A DNA stretch of 64,000 bases from a virus (taxonomy: Duplodnaviria; Caudoviricetes). The stretch is from IMG/VR virus record IMGVR_UViG_3300042397_001305, positions 694-64,693 of that record. One strand, given 5' to 3'. The position numbers and the translations under genes were made by a program. Below the pieces are notes generated by a model. The model searched no databases, was not told where the DNA came from, and saw only the letters and a program-made list of their open reading frames with translations. Numbering within the stretch: the stretch's first letter is position 1; each line of letters starts with the position of its first letter. Shown here in pieces: positions 60,318-64,000 of this stretch.

Positions 60318-62195
60318 TTATCTCAATTCTCTTAAATCGAATGTTCTAACACCATCTACAGTAATTCTGCCATAGAACCTGTTGTTCACCATCTTTTTCG
60401 CGTAACGAGTCATTATACCTTTAATCGGTGTAAAGTTGAATGGGTTGTACATTGTAGGTGTTAATTGTAATGGTACATACGGAGCGTAGATGTATCCTGT
60501 ATCAAGTAACGATGTTCCTTTGTGTCCAATTAACACTTGGTTAGCTGGGAAGTAAGGGTCACGGTATACTTGGTAACGTCCTGCTAATGTTCCAACTCTT
60601 TCAATACCCATATTATATTGGTCTTGTTCAGGTGAAGCATTAGATACGTGGAAGTATTCTAAGTCATCCATAATCGCTGAAACCTCAGAAGATACTACAA
60701 TCCAGTTAGCTCCACCTCTTAAAGTAGATTTGTGGATTTGTGCTGACAATTGGTTAATTGCAGTAATCAAAGTTTGGTTCCAATCTTTTTGTGTATAGTT
60801 TGTTGTTGCAGATATTCTTCTCCAACCATTGTAATCCCAACGTAAGTTCCACGCTGCACCTTTACGTAAATCTCTTAAGATTTCACGGTCGATTTCAGCC
60901 GCAACTTGTTCAGATAATAAAGCTGTTAATTCAGCTTCAGCATCGATGTTGTGGAAAGCCGCAACGTCTTGAGCTAACTCAGGAGACCATTGTGCTCTTA
61001 ATTTTCTTTCTGTAACAGATACAGTAACTGAATCTAATTCGAAAGAAACCTCACCGATTTTATCTTCAAATTCTAAGTTAGCATATCTTCTGTAAACAGC
61101 TTTGAAAGCTCCGGAAGTTAAAATTCCAATAGTTGTTCCTGTATACCCGTCTAAAGTCTCTCCACAAGAAGGACAAGTTGGACAAGATAAGTCAACTTCT
61201 AAGAAGATACGACCATCAGGAGAACATACGTCATTGTAAACACCACCATTACCTGTAGTAGCAAATGATGTAGTACTTTGTTTGTTTAAGTTATTAACGA
61301 TTCCTTGACCGTATTGTTGAGTAACAACTCTAAACAATAATGAATTTGGATAACCGTTAACATCTGTAATAACATTACAAGGAGATGTTTCAGCAGTCCA
61401 CGCAGTTGTAGAATCACTGTAGATTCTTAAATCAGATAAGAAAGTTTCAGTATCAACTTCATTTCCATCAGGTCCGATTAATTTACCTGTACCTGCAGTT
61501 GTGAAACCTGATAATGCGATGATGATTTTTCTAACGTTATTACCGTTGAATTGGTTAGTTAACGCTGTACTATCAGCAACTACTAATTCTCCGTTAGACC
61601 AAACCATAACAACCGCAGTTTTAGTTATAGCTGACCATTGACCTTTAGAATAATCAAACAATCCTGGAGGGTCTAATTGACCTTCTGAACCTTCGTAGAA
61701 TAAATCATAAAGATTTTTCTTGAAAGCATTTGCTCCTGTGTAACCAGCATTTTGTTGTGCGTCAGCAGCAGTTAAACCATCTACAGCACCAACCGGTCCG
61801 TAGTGAGTACCACCACCTACGTAGTCGTTATCAGCAGAAGGAACTTGTCCTGACTCATAACCTTGAATTTTAGGTACGAAGAAGAACAATTTACCGATTG
61901 GTAAGTTCATAGCTTGTACAGATACGATTTCATTCGCTAATAATTTTGAGAATACTCTTCTTACGATAGGGAATACAACAGTTTCGAATGAACCTGATGA
62001 ACCATCTGAAGTAGCTTCGTTAATCAAGAAAGACGCTTGGTTCTCATATAATTGAGCTACGTTTTCTCTTAAGTGACCTTTAAGGCCTTCTAGGAATCCT
62101 AATTTATCCCATTTGTTGATTGTGTCTTCTTTAATAACTTTCAAGTGTTTTAACCCGATGTTACCAACTAGACCTGATTCTAATAATGCTCCCAT
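60318..62195 (-). CDS. gp23: major capsid protein (T4 gp23 family) with a large insertion
   Basis: PIVRRVF..VSVQAMNLPIG, RKLRAQWSPELAQD..AFHNIDAEAEL..EIDREI, GANWIV, GYIYAPYVPL and FTPIKGIMTRY motifs. Confidence 0.95.
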   Translation of the reverse strand: MGALLESGLVGNIGLKHLKVIKEDTINKWDKLGFLEGLKGHLRENVAQLYENQASFLINEATSDGSSGSFETVVFPIVRRVFSKLLANEIVSVQAMNLPIGKLFFFVPKIQGYESGQVPSADNDYVGGGTHYGPVGAVDGLTAADAQQNAGYTGANAFKKNLYDLFYEGSEGQLDPPGLFDYSKGQWSAITKTAVVMVWSNGELVVADSTALTNQFNGNNVRKIIIALSGFTTAGTGKLIGPDGNEVDTETFLSDLRIYSDSTTAWTAETSPCNVITDVNGYPNSLLFRVVTQQYGQGIVNNLNKQSTTSFATTGNGGVYNDVCSPDGRIFLEVDLSCPTCPSCGETLDGYTGTTIGILTSGAFKAVYRRYANLEFEDKIGEVSFELDSVTVSVTERKLRAQWSPELAQDVAAFHNIDAEAELTALLSEQVAAEIDREILRDLRKGAAWNLRWDYNGWRRISATTNYTQKDWNQTLITAINQLSAQIHKSTLRGGANWIVVSSEVSAIMDDLEYFHVSNASPEQDQYNMGIERVGTLAGRYQVYRDPYFPANQVLIGHKGTSLLDTGYIYAPYVPLQLTPTMYNPFNFTPIKGIMTRYAKKMVNNRFYGRITVDGVRTFDLRELR

Positions 62196-62226
62196 TTTTT
62201 TGGTTTTTATTAATTTTAATTTATTT

Positions 62227-63765
62227 TTATTTTATTTTTGACATTAAGTCTTTCATTCTCAAGAACTGTGGATTCTCATATGTTTTAGATTCAATTAAGT
62301 TAACTGCTCCTGTAGAAGGTGATTTAGCAATTGTTCTTTCGATTGACTCGTTCATATTTTGAACTTTAGAGTTACCTGACAATTCGTTTTTAACGACTTG
62401 ATATAAATTTTTAGATTCTTTAATAGTTTCAACACCATCAAATCTTCTTAAAATGTTAATTTTTTCTTGTTTTGATGTTGAATGTTCAGTGAACAAACGT
62501 GTAGCGTAAGCCAAGTTTGAGTTGAAAATTGCAACCTCATTCAATTTATTTCTAAAAATATTAAGTGCTTTTCTGTACTCCTCATTTTTTTCTCTAAGAA
62601 CTTTTAGTTCAGAGTTAGAAGTATTTTCTTTAATCGCGGTATTAAAGCTTGAATGAGCTCTTGGTTTTGGTAAACCACCTTTTCTAAAGTTAGACCCTGC
62701 ACCTAAAGTACGTGAAGCCTCTTTTGTCTCTTCTTTTTTACCTTCAACTTTTTTAGCCATTGGTTTCATAGTTGACGATTCTTTTGTTTCAGTTTTTTTA
62801 ACCATTGAGTTTTTACCCAATTTACTTCCTGAGTTTTCACCTTCTTTGTATTCAAATTTAGGTTTACCTGTTCCCATAGTTTTGTCACCTTGTTTCATTT
62901 TTGTTTTGAATCCGGTACCTTGGTTAGGTTTTGCATCGTATTTGAATTTTGGACTTCCCATTCCAACACCTTTAGGTTTGATAGACATTTTTTTAGATTC
63001 CATAACAGGGTCCATATAATCTTCTTCCATATCGTAAGAATCATCTTCATCCATATCAATGTATTCAGAATCATCTTCATCCATTTCGATTTCATAAACG
63101 ATTTCGTCCATTTCATCTTCTTCTAAGTCTTCAGATTCGTCATCAGTACCGAACATTCTTTCAACGATAGATTCGATAGATTCTTCATCCATTTCTTCTT
63201 CGTCCATTTCGTCCCAAGACTCTTCCATATCAAACATTCCAATGTCTTCACCTTCTTCACCTTCACCAACAATCATATACTCTTTTCCAGTTTCTTCATC
63301 TTTAAGGTGAGTGTTTCCTTTGTCGTCTTTAGTAACAACAATGTTATCATCCGGTCCCATAAGTTGAAATACTCTTAGTACTTCTTCATCGTCAGCATCA
63401 GTTAAGTCGATAGTATCTTCTTCGTCATCCATATCTTCTTCGTCATCGAAGTCCATATCAATTTCTTCGTCGTCACCATCTTCTTCTGTGTCGTCCATAT
63501 CATCAGTATCCATTTCATCCTCTTCTTCGTCTGAATCATCACCCATATCAATATCGGCAATATCATCAGAACCCATAGGTTCATCCATTTCAACGTCATC
63601 GGTTTCAATCTCATCATCTTGTTCAGATAAAGATTCTTTTACTAGGTCTTTGATTTCTTGTTTCATTGTAGAAGCAAGTATTCCTTTTGCGTTCTCAGCT
63701 ACCGCTTCTTCCAAATTTTTCATTTGGATGATAGCCTCTTCAACTAAAGATTTTTCTTTTGCCAT
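62227..63765 (-). CDS. prohead core / scaffolding protein
   Basis: Immediately upstream of the MCP; very acidic middle, C-terminal LNEVAIFNSNLAY..RFD..ESKNLY coiled coil. Confidence 0.75.
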   Translation of the reverse strand: MAKEKSLVEEAIIQMKNLEEAVAENAKGILASTMKQEIKDLVKESLSEQDDEIETDDVEMDEPMGSDDIADIDMGDDSDEEEDEMDTDDMDDTEEDGDDEEIDMDFDDEEDMDDEEDTIDLTDADDEEVLRVFQLMGPDDNIVVTKDDKGNTHLKDEETGKEYMIVGEGEEGEDIGMFDMEESWDEMDEEEMDEESIESIVERMFGTDDESEDLEEDEMDEIVYEIEMDEDDSEYIDMDEDDSYDMEEDYMDPVMESKKMSIKPKGVGMGSPKFKYDAKPNQGTGFKTKMKQGDKTMGTGKPKFEYKEGENSGSKLGKNSMVKKTETKESSTMKPMAKKVEGKKEETKEASRTLGAGSNFRKGGLPKPRAHSSFNTAIKENTSNSELKVLREKNEEYRKALNIFRNKLNEVAIFNSNLAYATRLFTEHSTSKQEKINILRRFDGVETIKESKNLYQVVKNELSGNSKVQNMNESIERTIAKSPSTGAVNLIESKTYENPQFLRMKDLMSKIK

Positions 63766-63787
63766 TGTTTTTATATTGTTTTTAATA

Positions 63788-63862
63788 TATAAATATCTCC
63801 CAATATGAAAAAAGTTTAAATTAAACTCAATTCACATAGGGTTTTTTATACATTCATAAATA
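63788..63862 (-). promoter_or_regulatory. tandem TATTTAT late promoters for the scaffold-capsid operon
   Basis: GATATTTATA (63788-63797) and GATATTTATG (63855-63864) on the minus strand. Confidence 0.6.
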
Positions 63863-63883
63863 TCACCATAAAATAAAAAGCAT

Positions 63884-63911
63884 AAAAAAAGAGGACATAT
63901 AGTCCTCTTTT
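63884..63911 (-). terminator. terminator
   Basis: AAAAGAGGAC-ATATA-GTCCTCTTTT. Confidence 0.85.
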
Positions 63912-63931
63912 GTTTAATAATTAAAATTTAA

Positions 63932-64000
63932 TTACTCAATTACTTCGTCGATTTTACTCTCAACAATTGCTGTGATTCTCCACTCCATTGTGTAATGTTC
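63932..64000 (-). CDS. C-terminal fragment of a DUF4494-like protein
   Basis: Translated by hand: EHYTMEWRITAIVESKIDEVIE*; only 22 residues visible. Confidence 0.45.
   Translation of the reverse strand, partial: EHYTMEWRITAIVESKIDEVIE

Noticed and set aside
60318-62195. Intein or intron in the capsid gene explaining its length
   Set aside because: The ORF is uninterrupted and no intein N-terminal block, His-Asn end or LAGLIDADG motif is visible
62890-63808. Overlapping ORFs in the scaffold gene (Ser-rich plus-strand, Met/Lys-rich alternative frames)
   Set aside because: Shadows of the low-complexity GAT/GAA acidic tract
1-64000. tRNA, rRNA or large structured ncRNA; diversity-generating retroelement
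   Set aside because: Intergenic gaps are short and AT-rich, no cloverleaf was seen, and there is no reverse transcriptase or adenine-specific TR/VR pair; not verified computationally

Overview
A 64 kb segment of a large, AT-rich, T4-related (gp23-type capsid) jumbo bacteriophage read in the standard code 11. The host is probably Bacteroidota, judged from TAnnTTTG promoters, A-rich starts without a Shine-Dalgarno sequence, a Gln-after-signal-peptide protein and a DUF4494-like fragment. Layout: (i) 682-18752 (-), a dense glycan-building cluster of about 9 glycosyltransferase genes, including a GT60 polypeptide GlcNAc-transferase, a 5-domain GT17/methyltransferase/GT2/GT4/GT2 protein and a HldA/HldC/GT9 heptose-like module, interleaved with Pro/Thr-repeat (mucin-like) Cys-rich putative virion proteins. 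(ii) 18843-35071 (-), a 3989-aa Gly-X-Ser collagen-like fibre with a C1q domain, further Pro/Thr proteins and a LamG-papain fusion. (iii) 35127-54817 (+), putative head proteins including a stand-alone WYL protein, a second glycosyltransferase/nucleotide-metabolism cluster (dut, phoH, exonuclease), a gp55-like sigma factor and baseplate genes. (iv) 54829-64000 (mostly -), putative internal head proteins with a shared N-terminal leader carrying annexin-like, PG-binding and OmpA-like domains, then an HNH endonuclease, the major capsid protein and the scaffold. The best candidates for new biology are a phage-encoded mucin-type virion O-glycosylation system, a capsid-targeting leader with envelope-binding cargo, and a TATTTAT late promoter that is the reverse complement of the T4 one. 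All family calls come from motif recognition by eye; no searches were run.
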